Shown in pieces: positions 1 to 9,103 of a stretch of DNA of 64,000 bases. The position numbers were made by a program, and so were the translations under genes. The stretch covers positions 124,001-188,000 of IMG/VR virus record IMGVR_UViG_3300042340_000379; one strand, written 5' to 3'. Every line of letters begins with the position of its first letter. Position 1 is the first letter of the stretch. The notes beneath the pieces are model-generated. The model had not been told where the DNA came from. It saw nothing but the letters and a program-made list of their open reading frames with translations, and did no database searches.

Positions 1-838
1 CCCTTACAGCAATTTCTATGGGGCGAAGACTCGCTCTTTCAAAAGACACTGCTACGCCTAAAGGAAGAAATGGCAAAACTCTCTGGCGGAGCTGATCTTG
101 AAACTCATCTGTCAGTGGAGAGTCTAAATCAAGATAAACTCTAACAAAGCCAGGAGCTAGCGTTGTTACCCAAGCCCGATTAACTGGGAGATAAGAACTG
201 ATAGCGCTTTCAAGCGTTGGCCCCTGCCCGTCCTTAAACTCAGCAATCCGTTGACGGAGGGCCACGTCTGTTTCTTGAATTGTCCCGCCTGAAAGATTTC
301 CGCAGATAGACCCGTCAGAAGCTCTTTCATATCCAACAATCGCCTTTACTTGTAAGAGGCTAGGATTATTTGTCGCATTAAGGTAAAGGGGAGTCCCAGA
401 GGCTAAATTTGCCTCAGCTCCCTCAGCCACACTTAAAACATCTACAGTTATGTCTAAAGTTGGAGTAACAGTAATCGGGCCTTCAACAGTGATGTACTGA
501 AGCCCTCGATTAAGCTCTGTAAGAAGTGTGCCTCTAGGTACGATTAAAGAAACATTTGCGTCAGTAGAAAAAATAACAGTACCTCTAGCCAAAGTTCCAG
601 GCTTTCGGTAGATATTAAATTGAGCCACCGCGTAGTCGTCAAGATATGAACCTGACATTTTAGCTGGGTCTAAATTGTCTAAAGTTTCTTGAAGACGGTT
701 ATCTTGTTCTAGAGTAACTGAAGAGGCTGAACGGACTATTGCACTTAAAACAGACCCAGGGCTCAGATCATCGGCGGGAGAGTTCGCAATAGTTAGAGCG
801 GCTATCATAGCCTGCTGAATTTCTTCTAGAGATCTCAT
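1..838 (-). CDS. Baseplate J-like (P2 gpJ / Mu gp47) wedge protein, runs off the left end of the window
   Basis: Not in the ORF track. ATG at 838 overlaps the stop of the upstream gene (ATGA). Manual translation MRSLEEIQQAMIAAL...GSYLDDYAVAQFNIYRKPGTLARGTVIF...SGGTIQETDVALRQRI matches the gpJ motifs G.yLD, R..a..A.G.v and GG.d.EtD..LR.R. Confidence 0.85.
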   Translation of the reverse strand, partial: MRSLEEIQQAMIAALTIANSPADDLSPGSVLSAIVRSASSVTLEQDNRLQETLDNLDPAKMSGSYLDDYAVAQFNIYRKPGTLARGTVIFSTDANVSLIVPRGTLLTELNRGLQYITVEGPITVTPTLDITVDVLSVAEGAEANLASGTPLYLNATNNPSLLQVKAIVGYERASDGSICGNLSGGTIQETDVALRQRIAEFKDGQGPTLESAISSYLPVNRAWVTTLAPGFVRVYLDLDSPLTDEFQDQLRQRVLPFLPLGVAVSFERASLRPIEIAVR

Positions 839-1317
839 AGCTGGTAATTAAGTAATTGAATAGCGTCCCGGCCTCGAATACGGTACTTAATCTCAAATGT
901 AAGAGGGGAGTTCATAGAACCTTTATTCCCTGTCACATTCAAGATTTCAATCCGGCCATCTATCTCAGCCGCCTTTTTCAAGTAATTAATAATCTCATTT
1001 ACTAAAGCATCTGACTTTAACGAGGATAGCTTTGAGTAAGTCTTATTTTCAAGATTAGAATTAACAAGTCGGATGCCTGTATGAGCTCTATAGTACCGTT
1101 CATAACCTCCAGTCCCTGTGGATAGCCTCCGCATTAGAGAGGTAATAATTGACCGCGCTCCAGATGCTAAGGCAAGATCTCCTTCTGAAATACCTAACTC
1201 AAAGTTCTCGCTTTGGTAATCAATCGTAATGTCAGAGCCTAGCCAAGGCTCAACATCAGCTACCTTAAAGGGTCTCGGTGTGCCAGCAAGAGAAGTAGAG
1301 TTGCGATCGTAGAACAT
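835..1317 (-). CDS. Baseplate wedge / sheath initiator, gp25/gpW-like
   Basis: 160 aa with GDLAL..G..SI...L.RRL.T and DGRIEIL..., immediately upstream of baseplate J. Confidence 0.65.
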   Translation of the reverse strand: MFYDRNSTSLAGTPRPFKVADVEPWLGSDITIDYQSENFELGISEGDLALASGARSIITSLMRRLSTGTGGYERYYRAHTGIRLVNSNLENKTYSKLSSLKSDALVNEIINYLKKAAEIDGRIEILNVTGNKGSMNSPLTFEIKYRIRGRDAIQLLNYQL

Positions 1318-1854
1318 TTACGCCAAGTTTATAGCTGAAATAGCCGCGCCCATCTTACATTCTAAAGTTGATGTTGGACTGGGAACTGTCCAACATTTCT
1401 CAACTTGCTTTATAGGACTCTGATTCAAATACTGAGTAACCCTTAATCTGTACGTGCCTTCCGGAAAAGAACCTCGTACTTGAGCTTTACAGTAGCCAGG
1501 GTTTAGCTCATCATTGCCAGTTAAGATTAATCTAGAGCCATAGAAGAGTTGCCATCTGATTCCACCCTGGCGACTAGTAATGCATTGAGCGCAAAATTTA
1601 GACTCCTCGGTACCAACAAAAAATAACTGGGGAACCAAAATAGTAAATGACGGCTGGGCTAGTTTCCACCAGGTTAAAACTTTTCCAACTGAAACAGAAG
1701 AGGAGTTAGATAGTTTTACACCGTAAGTTGTGTCATTATAAGTTTGGGTAATAATTCCGAAGCTTGACTCAAATTGAACTCGTGCGCCAATAGCTAGCTT
1801 TCTAAAACTAGAAACGGTGGCGTAATCTTCTTCTTGACTTACAACAGTAATCAT
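1318..1854 (-). CDS. Hypothetical virion/baseplate-region protein
   Basis: 178 aa beta-rich ORF, translationally coupled within the baseplate operon. Confidence 0.6.
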   Translation of the reverse strand: MITVVSQEEDYATVSSFRKLAIGARVQFESSFGIITQTYNDTTYGVKLSNSSSVSVGKVLTWWKLAQPSFTILVPQLFFVGTEESKFCAQCITSRQGGIRWQLFYGSRLILTGNDELNPGYCKAQVRGSFPEGTYRLRVTQYLNQSPIKQVEKCWTVPSPTSTLECKMGAAISAINLA

Positions 1855-3011
1855 AAAGTAGGTCTAGTTATAGATTGATCAGGCAAATTCTCATCTCGGT
1901 TATAAACCGGGGCGGTGATAGGAGAGGTTGAAATTCTTCCAGCAGGAGAGATACCGGCATAAGCTCCTGCTGTTCCCTGAGGTGGTGATACAACTTCTTG
2001 GCTTCCCATTTGAATACCCCCTGCTGACTGCGTTTGAAGTAAAGAAGTTTTCTCGTAGATAGGAACTTCTGAAAACTTAGAAGGTTTATGTCTTTCAATT
2101 ACTTCAATAGGAATCCTACCCGGCGCAGCAACTCTAGCTCCATTAATCATAACTGGAGAACCACTAATTCTAAGAAGACCAGCGGCCCCAACATTTGCTG
2201 AAGAACCATATACAGTAGTTGTGCTGCCTGAAAGGGTTAGTCGATCGGCATGAATAGTATATTGATTCGCCCTCTGTAAGACATTCTCTGCATTTACCGT
2301 CCAGTTTTCAAACTCAAAGCCAGCTCTTAAAGCAGTTATAGTTAACTTGCCCCCATCTTGATTAAAGCCTTTCTCAGCGCCAACTGTAATTAATAGGTCG
2401 TCTGCGTACAGAATTCTCTTGCCTGCTTGTTCAGTAACCGTTGCCGCAGAAACTTCGTAATTATTTGCGTGAATTAGAAACTTGTTTGACTGGTGAGTCT
2501 CAAACTCTGACCTATAAAAAGAGCACTGGCTAAATAGCTGGTATAGATCAGAAATAACATGGGTGTAAGCTGACTGTTGAAGTAACTGCTTTGCGTTAAG
2601 GAGAGCGGCACCCGTCTCTAAAACATAGGTTGTTGAAGAGATCGTATTAAGGGTTGACGAAGAACGAATGTCAGCACCGGCTAAATTAACTTGCCTACCT
2701 TGGCCATAATCTTGAAACGTTCTTGCTACCTGGCCAAGATGTATACCAGCAGAAATTAGTATGTCTTTATAGTCGTCAAAAACATTCCCGAGAATAGACT
2801 CAAGAATAGGAATGTCCTTATCATAGTGAGCGTCTCGAAGAATTGCCCTAGTTGTACCAACTAAACGATCAAGCGTAAATGCGTCTTGATATTGAGTAGA
2901 TGCCTGGGCAGTCTGAGTTTCTGTTTGACTAAACAGGCCTAGCTGGGCCGGGTTTAGAAAACCGTAGTGCTCATACAGTGCTGTGGCTAAGGGATTAATT
3001 AAATCTTCCAT
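1851..3011 (-). CDS. Putative baseplate spike-related protein (beta-helix-like central part)
   Basis: 386 aa; short repeating beta-strand pattern (LLRISGSPVMING) typical of gp5/gpV C-terminal regions; operon context. Confidence 0.45.
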   Translation of the reverse strand: MEDLINPLATALYEHYGFLNPAQLGLFSQTETQTAQASTQYQDAFTLDRLVGTTRAILRDAHYDKDIPILESILGNVFDDYKDILISAGIHLGQVARTFQDYGQGRQVNLAGADIRSSSTLNTISSTTYVLETGAALLNAKQLLQQSAYTHVISDLYQLFSQCSFYRSEFETHQSNKFLIHANNYEVSAATVTEQAGKRILYADDLLITVGAEKGFNQDGGKLTITALRAGFEFENWTVNAENVLQRANQYTIHADRLTLSGSTTTVYGSSANVGAAGLLRISGSPVMINGARVAAPGRIPIEVIERHKPSKFSEVPIYEKTSLLQTQSAGGIQMGSQEVVSPPQGTAGAYAGISPAGRISTSPITAPVYNRDENLPDQSITRPTL

Positions 3012-4360
3012 TATGGCTTAAAGTCCAGAGGAATATTTTCAAAAAGGAGACTGTTTGACATAAGCTCTTGACCTACAGCTCGAGCAGAGCCATAGCCAGC
3101 TTCAGCAATCTCAACGGTTATCTTCTCAGGCTTATTCGCTTTGAGAACTCTACGTTCTGGGATAAAGCTTGCGTCACCTGACGACTCAAGGGTAATCGCC
3201 GCAGAAGAAACGGTTGCGCTTAAAAGCGTAATCGTAAATGTCATAAATTGGCTAGTAATATATTGGTCAGCTGCTAGCAAAATAACAGCTTCACGAGTTC
3301 GAACAGGTGAAGCAGGCCTATAAGTTAGACCAGGTTCTACTTGTAGACTAATTTCTTTAATTCCAAACCCTACCCGACCTTCTAAAAGAATAGAAGGTTT
3401 ACCTGATTGAAGAAGCCAAGCTTGTGCCATCTTGTGATATGACTGGGCATAGCTCGCCGCGTATTCAAAATTAAACATTGCCATAGACGTAAAAGCGTCC
3501 GAGACCTGAGCAAACAGCTCAGCCAACTTATAGGGCTGAGTTACATCAGATAGTATAAGTCCATCTGCTGTTTTGTAAGCTTCCAGCAAACTCTGCACTG
3601 CCTCAGCTTGAAATGCTAAAAGGAGGCCAGCGGTATACCCAATAGAAAGAGTAGACCTTACAAACTGAAGCGCGGTTTCTGGGTCGTATCTAGGTAAGCC
3701 CCCTCCAAACCTATTAGAAATACTTTGAAAGTATTCAATTACTTGAATAAGGTTGTGGTCAAACTCACCAAAAAGAAGCCTGTACTTTAAGCTACTAACG
3801 GAAGCTTCTGTTAGCCCACTGCGAATTAGAAGAGGATGCTCTAGACGAGCGGCTTCAACAAGTTTTGTCTCAAGCACATCAAAGTAAGACTCATGCTCAT
3901 AAAAGCACAACTGTTTTAAAAGTGCTGGAATCTTTAGTGATGCATTAGATAAACCGTGATCGCGCCAAAAGAGATCCAACAACTGTTGGACAACTTGAAT
4001 CGGCTCACCTTGAAGACCGTACTTAACAGAGACATACCCAAGAGAGCCTAAGTGACCAGCTAAGGAAACAGACTCATCCCGTCTTACATTATGCTGACGG
4101 TGAGGAAAGTACTGAAAGAATCGCCTGGCGTGCCTAGTTAGCTTTCCTTCTGATTGAGAAACCGAGCGAATAACCAACCGAATTATTGTAGCGAGTAGTG
4201 CCCCTTTTAGTTCGGCAGTATTTTCTATATAAAATGGATCATAAAAATTAGCCAGCCGCTGAGCTTCTAATCTAGATTTAACAACTTGAAGATGCGTCTG
4301 AATATTTGGGTTGCTTTTAGCTCCATAACGGATGTGGTCTGGTTCAATTAGATAGATCAT
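3011..4360 (-). CDS. Hypothetical protein, baseplate operon
   Basis: 449 aa ORF with overlapping start/stop junctions to both neighbours. Confidence 0.65.
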   Translation of the reverse strand: MIYLIEPDHIRYGAKSNPNIQTHLQVVKSRLEAQRLANFYDPFYIENTAELKGALLATIIRLVIRSVSQSEGKLTRHARRFFQYFPHRQHNVRRDESVSLAGHLGSLGYVSVKYGLQGEPIQVVQQLLDLFWRDHGLSNASLKIPALLKQLCFYEHESYFDVLETKLVEAARLEHPLLIRSGLTEASVSSLKYRLLFGEFDHNLIQVIEYFQSISNRFGGGLPRYDPETALQFVRSTLSIGYTAGLLLAFQAEAVQSLLEAYKTADGLILSDVTQPYKLAELFAQVSDAFTSMAMFNFEYAASYAQSYHKMAQAWLLQSGKPSILLEGRVGFGIKEISLQVEPGLTYRPASPVRTREAVILLAADQYITSQFMTFTITLLSATVSSAAITLESSGDASFIPERRVLKANKPEKITVEIAEAGYGSARAVGQELMSNSLLFENIPLDFKP

Positions 4361-7128
4361 TGGCGATACCCAAATTCCTGTTTGATTAGACGAACCATTC
4401 GTTCATACGCTTTAGGATGTGCTGGAAGCCACTCCCCCGTTTTCAGATAAATAAGTTGGGTAAAGAACTCGGGCAACTCCCCAAACATAAGATGCTCCGT
4501 GCTTTTTGTGAGAGTTGGTTCATTATTCTCAATCCAACTTACCAACTCTAGAGGATTCTCTATCAACTTTGTTGTATCAAGGGGCGTGTATAAAAGAGTG
4601 CTCATTGCCTCAGTTAAAGGAAGTTCTGTAATCCGTTCGACTATTTCGGGACTACACCCAGAGACACTTCGAACAAATTCTCTATCATTTACACCCATTG
4701 TCTCAAGAGTAGATGAGGTAGCGAGCTGAAATGACAGAGGTGCAGTTGCACCGACAGCTTTTAGAACCGAGGTTACTGATTGATTGTCCTTTACAGCTTT
4801 AACCTCTTTTGCAACCTGGGCCGGAATCCCATAACTTTCAAGGAATGCTTCTAGTGGATTTTTTGATGTAGAAGTGTCATAAATAGGGTTTGGGAGAGAT
4901 GGGGAGATCGGGTTAGTTGTAATCGCGCCAACTAGATTTGAGGGCCACTCGCTAAAGTCAGCAATGTTAAAGTTCTCTTTATTCTGAATAGGAATTTTAC
5001 CTACATCAAGATAACCGTCTTTCTTAATAGAAGAGGCATGACAACTAACGTCAAAAGACGGAATCTGGTATTGCTCAGCAGCTGGGATAGACGGAGAGAT
5101 AGACGCATCCTCACCAAACGCTGAAAGACATTCAAGTGTGGATAAAAGAAGAGGAATAGGAGAGCCCTGGCGAGTTTCAGATAAGTTTAGCTCAGGCCAC
5201 TCTCCAAGATACCCACCTCTATTAAGAGTCTCATCTTCAGACTCTGACGGCTCGAGCTGGTCATAAGGAAGTGCAACCTCAAATGTAGTAGAAGCTAAGA
5301 AATCTTGAATCAAGCCATCGGGCAAAAAATCTAAAACTCCCTGAATATTTAGACCCCCTACCGTTTTGGCAAGGTCAAGTCCTAACGTAAGATTACCTCC
5401 GTCTACTTTTGCTGAGAGCGGGCCTAAGGTTACGCCAGAAATCTTCCCGTCTTCAGAGCTAATTCCAAGTTGAAGCTGGGAGGGAAGCTTCTTATTTAAC
5501 TCAGCTACCCCAAAGTTATAGATCGCCTCGGGATTGATAAAGACAGAATTACCGTCTAAAGAAAATACGCCCTTTAGTTCAGCAGGCAGATAGTTAGTAA
5601 GAATCTGAAGCGCGGCCTCTGGGTTTTCCACTAAGCCAACAGCCATTTGAATCTTGGCAATTAACTGCTCAACAGAAAACGGCTTTGAAGTAATCGTCTG
5701 GTCTCCATACTCTAGTTGAGCTAGCTGTTGCAGCTCAATTGGAAGAGTGCATCTAAGGGCATCAATCGCAATTGTTACTGGGTTACCAATTGTCGTTTCT
5801 ACAACTAGAGCTTTGCCCTCTGAGATAAAAAGACCAGGCGTGATTCTAAGCGCTGTTACTCTATCTGAACCATAAGTTTCAAACTTAAGGCTGGCTGGAA
5901 GTCTATTGTTAAGACCCTTAAGACACTGAACAAGAGTAGAAGGAATCTCGCTATAGGTATCGTTAGTAGTAATCTCAAATCCGCAGACGGTTAAGCGATT
6001 GGCAGTGTAAACAAAAGCTTCTTCGGCAAGAGCCTCATTGATTTTGGCTATGCCTTGACTAATGTCTAAAGTTAAATCTAAAGTTTTGAGATCTAAAGTA
6101 GTAACGCCAACCGTTGCGCGTTGATCCGACTTTCCAAATAAAAGATCCTTTATCTTTAGTGCTTTAGGAAGCCATTTGTTAAGCTTAGCCATCACATCCA
6201 CTACTCCACCCAGCCCAGCTTCCTGAGTTAGATTTTGGACTAATCCAGCCACAGGGTTGTCAGTTGTACCAGACCAGGCATCCGCCGCTAAGTTCTGAAG
6301 AAGACAGTAAACAACCTCTCGATATTTCTCATTTAGAATAGGAAGCTCAATCAACTGTTCTAAAACGTTAACCCATCCAGAATCAGCGGGGCTAGCCTGA
6401 ATCTCATTGACCTCGGTTGAGCCATCCAGCAGATTTATCCCTAGCGTGCCATCATAGATGTGGTTATAGTTTGTGACTGCTTCCCGAAGCGCGATCTCTC
6501 CCATTAAACGGTTAGTTGTTGTTGAAAACGCGCCCGTGTTTTGGGTAACCGTTTGATTCTCAGCAATGACCTCTGTACCTACAGAGACATGATAGTTAGT
6601 CGCCGTTTGGTTAGCGAAGAACATCTGGTTAGCAGGCATTTCAAGATTAAGTTGGGTGCCCTCATTATCTGGTTTAGGAATATAAGATATGAATGTTAAA
6701 CCATCCATACTCACCGCCGCTGGGGCTAGCCAAGGTGATGAGACTACAGGAAGATCAGTTCCAAGTTGAAGGGCCCCTTCACCCACTTCATCATTCCCGC
6801 CATGCTGAAAAATCTCGCCCAGGCGGACAGACATGCTTTGCCCCACCTCACCCGTTACAAGCCTAGCACCCGGCCTCGGTGGCGGCGGCAGGAAGCCTCC
6901 TCCATTAAATAGACCAAAGCCCGTTTGGTTAACTTGCCTTAGACCTGACGGGGGTTCAGATGCTAAATATTTGCCATAATAAATATGCTCAGGAGATTGA
7001 AGCGCTTGAGCCATGCGAATATGAAGAGGATATCCCTGGCCCACACGAGCCTGCATGGATCGATGCTTCTGATAGAAGCCCAAGTTCTGCCCGCCAACTG
7101 AGCGCTGGCTGTCGGAGATAGAAGTCAT
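4357..7128 (-). CDS. Large baseplate/central-spike-like protein
   Basis: 923 aa; N-terminal GGGFLPPPPRPGARLVTG resembles the gp5/gpV OB-fold P..G..V motif; next minus-strand gene after the hub gene. Confidence 0.45.
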   Translation of the reverse strand: MTSISDSQRSVGGQNLGFYQKHRSMQARVGQGYPLHIRMAQALQSPEHIYYGKYLASEPPSGLRQVNQTGFGLFNGGGFLPPPPRPGARLVTGEVGQSMSVRLGEIFQHGGNDEVGEGALQLGTDLPVVSSPWLAPAAVSMDGLTFISYIPKPDNEGTQLNLEMPANQMFFANQTATNYHVSVGTEVIAENQTVTQNTGAFSTTTNRLMGEIALREAVTNYNHIYDGTLGINLLDGSTEVNEIQASPADSGWVNVLEQLIELPILNEKYREVVYCLLQNLAADAWSGTTDNPVAGLVQNLTQEAGLGGVVDVMAKLNKWLPKALKIKDLLFGKSDQRATVGVTTLDLKTLDLTLDISQGIAKINEALAEEAFVYTANRLTVCGFEITTNDTYSEIPSTLVQCLKGLNNRLPASLKFETYGSDRVTALRITPGLFISEGKALVVETTIGNPVTIAIDALRCTLPIELQQLAQLEYGDQTITSKPFSVEQLIAKIQMAVGLVENPEAALQILTNYLPAELKGVFSLDGNSVFINPEAIYNFGVAELNKKLPSQLQLGISSEDGKISGVTLGPLSAKVDGGNLTLGLDLAKTVGGLNIQGVLDFLPDGLIQDFLASTTFEVALPYDQLEPSESEDETLNRGGYLGEWPELNLSETRQGSPIPLLLSTLECLSAFGEDASISPSIPAAEQYQIPSFDVSCHASSIKKDGYLDVGKIPIQNKENFNIADFSEWPSNLVGAITTNPISPSLPNPIYDTSTSKNPLEAFLESYGIPAQVAKEVKAVKDNQSVTSVLKAVGATAPLSFQLATSSTLETMGVNDREFVRSVSGCSPEIVERITELPLTEAMSTLLYTPLDTTKLIENPLELVSWIENNEPTLTKSTEHLMFGELPEFFTQLIYLKTGEWLPAHPKAYERMVRLIKQEFGYRQ

Positions 7129-7201
7129 ACAAATGGTAAGCTAGTATTCAACATACTAATTTGTTCAACGTAAATCTAACTGTTCATTCAACCCCAAAAT
7201 T

Positions 7202-7669
7202 ATGTCAGCAAAAGAAGATCAATCTGTAATTCTATGGAATCCGGTAAACTGCCTTATTGTTGTTGACACAATGACAGACGGAGATAACTATCCATTCTTA
7301 GTCATTCAACAGACCAGCTCAGAATCAGAGCCTCTCTACGTAATCATCCCTTCCCAAGAACCTTTATCTAAATCAGACATCCGTAAAATGGGTGCGAGTT
7401 TTGGGGCGTTTATGAAAGGCTTTGACCTTTGGGATGAGCCGATCAGAACTGTTGACGTTACTATTTTTGATAATGATGGAATTGGTGAGTCAGCTGTTCT
7501 AGCCTCCTATCTTAAAAAGAATGGAATGGAAGAACTACTAAAAAACTGCTCTGGTAAGAAAACTCGAGAGGTTGTTCTCATAGATATGAGCGCGGAGGGT
7601 CAGGCAAGTGACTCAATCATTCGAGATCTACGGTATGCTTTCTCGAGATGTGTACGAGTGGGTTTATAA
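7202..7669 (+). CDS. Hypothetical protein (accessory cluster)
   Basis: 155 aa ORF, first of a tightly packed plus-strand cluster. Confidence 0.6.
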   Translation: MSAKEDQSVILWNPVNCLIVVDTMTDGDNYPFLVIQQTSSESEPLYVIIPSQEPLSKSDIRKMGASFGAFMKGFDLWDEPIRTVDVTIFDNDGIGESAVLASYLKKNGMEELLKNCSGKKTREVVLIDMSAEGQASDSIIRDLRYAFSRCVRVGL

Positions 7670-7808
7670 GACTCTCTACTCCTCAAAAGAAGAGGCACAA
7701 TCCGTTGGCAGAAAGCTAGAGAAGATGGGAAAGCTTCCCGTTGGTCCAATCCTATGGAATGTTTGCCCTAGCACAACTCCATGCCCTGAATTAGTAAAAA
7801 GAGATTAG
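7635..7808 (+). CDS. Small hypothetical protein
   Basis: ATG at 7635 within track ORF 7608..7808; fills the gap in the cluster. Confidence 0.35.
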   Translation: MLSRDVYEWVYKTLYSSKEEAQSVGRKLEKMGKLPVGPILWNVCPSTTPCPELVKRD

Positions 7809-7812
7809 TCAG

Positions 7813-8100
7813 ATGACTGAGTCAAAAATAAAAGTGTTTGTCCTTCAAGGAGACCCTAGAGATGACGAAGGAGAAATTCTAGCTATCCATCAAGATAGAG
7901 AATCTCTGAGACCTGCCATTATAAAATACCTCAAGTCAAAAAATATTGATGAGTACGAAAGCAACTCAGAAGTCGGCGGCTGGACTAGCGTAAGAAAGTT
8001 CAACCAGTGGGCTAAAGGCAAAACAATTGATGAGTTGCTGAGTATTCATCCGCACTGCTGTACTCCCTACATTACAGAATGGTTCGTTTCATATGGCTAG
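7813..8100 (+). CDS. Hypothetical protein
   Basis: 95 aa; KVFVLQG..D.GEILAIH start is typical of small phage early proteins. Confidence 0.6.
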   Translation: MTESKIKVFVLQGDPRDDEGEILAIHQDRESLRPAIIKYLKSKNIDEYESNSEVGGWTSVRKFNQWAKGKTIDELLSIHPHCCTPYITEWFVSYG

Positions 8101-8204
8101 AGCCTACCTAGAAGTAACTTTTGACAAAAAGTTAATCCGCCGTTTTGGTGGCAACAATCAAGAGGTAAGAGAACTGCGCTATCAATATATGAACGAAGGT
8201 AAAA

Positions 8205-8534
8205 ATGACTGACACATCTTTTGAATGGCGAGGGTTTCAAGTTAGAGTTAAAGTGTCCAGTGGCAATAAACGTGTGTACCTCTACACCAAAGCAAACAAA
8301 GAACAGTCTCCAGCGCGTTTTGACGCGAAGGTTTCTAGTGATATCCTTGAGTTGAAACCAGTGATGACTATAGCCAGTATTGAAACAAGGGATAGCCAAA
8401 AGATTTCAGAGTTTCAAGAGTTAGCTGCTGCGACTCTAATCATAAGAGATCACATAGAGCATGGGCGTTTTGAAAGATGGATTGAGCAGTGCGAGCTGGA
8501 CAAATTAATCCAAAATGATGAAATCAGTATCTAA
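8205..8534 (+). CDS. Hypothetical protein
   Basis: 109 aa, preceded by GAAGGT RBS. Confidence 0.6.
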   Translation: MTDTSFEWRGFQVRVKVSSGNKRVYLYTKANKEQSPARFDAKVSSDILELKPVMTIASIETRDSQKISEFQELAAATLIIRDHIEHGRFERWIEQCELDKLIQNDEISI

Positions 8535-8540
8535 AATCAA

Positions 8541-8804
8541 ATGCTCCAACATCAAAAAGTCGTAAGCTTCACCGTCACTCTTAATAAAGAGGCGTATAAG
8601 GAAACGATCGGCCCCGTGCCCATTCGACTTCATCAGCCACGTACTATTCTTTACGCTACATCGCTTAATTGGAATGGAGAGATTACTTCAGCGATAAAAG
8701 AGTCTCTTATTATGAGTTACTGGAATAAAGTTGGCGGGACAGGAAGCCAAAATATTCCAGAAAAGATGAGCCAAGATCTATTCACTATTGAGATTAAAAT
8801 ATGA
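8541..8804 (+). CDS. Hypothetical protein
   Basis: 87 aa, ATGA coupling to the next gene. Confidence 0.55.
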   Translation: MLQHQKVVSFTVTLNKEAYKETIGPVPIRLHQPRTILYATSLNWNGEITSAIKESLIMSYWNKVGGTGSQNIPEKMSQDLFTIEIKI

Positions 8805-9103
8805 AAGCATTACAAAAAATGGGCTACAGAGAAATGAAGGAAGGCCTCTGGGGAAAGCCTATTGGTCACTCAATTCTTATCTATAGAATAAAGGAAAAAA
8901 CTCTTTATCACCAAACAGTTGGAATAACAGATCGGCCTATTACTTGGGATAGCCAAAATATCGACTATGAAGTCGAGAACTTTCTAGAACTCATCCAAAA
9001 TACTGAGGCTGAGTTTGCTATGGGCAGCGGAATGTCCTATCACCAACCGCATGATTTGAGCTTTTTAACTCAAAGAGAAGTTATAGAAACACTACTTCAA
9101 TAA
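8801..9103 (+). CDS. Hypothetical protein
   Basis: 100 aa, coupled to the previous gene, converges on the hub gene. Confidence 0.6.
   Translation: MKALQKMGYREMKEGLWGKPIGHSILIYRIKEKTLYHQTVGITDRPITWDSQNIDYEVENFLELIQNTEAEFAMGSGMSYHQPHDLSFLTQREVIETLLQ

Noticed and set aside
1-144. Plus-strand open frame at the window start
   Set aside because: Antisense to the well-supported baseplate J frame.
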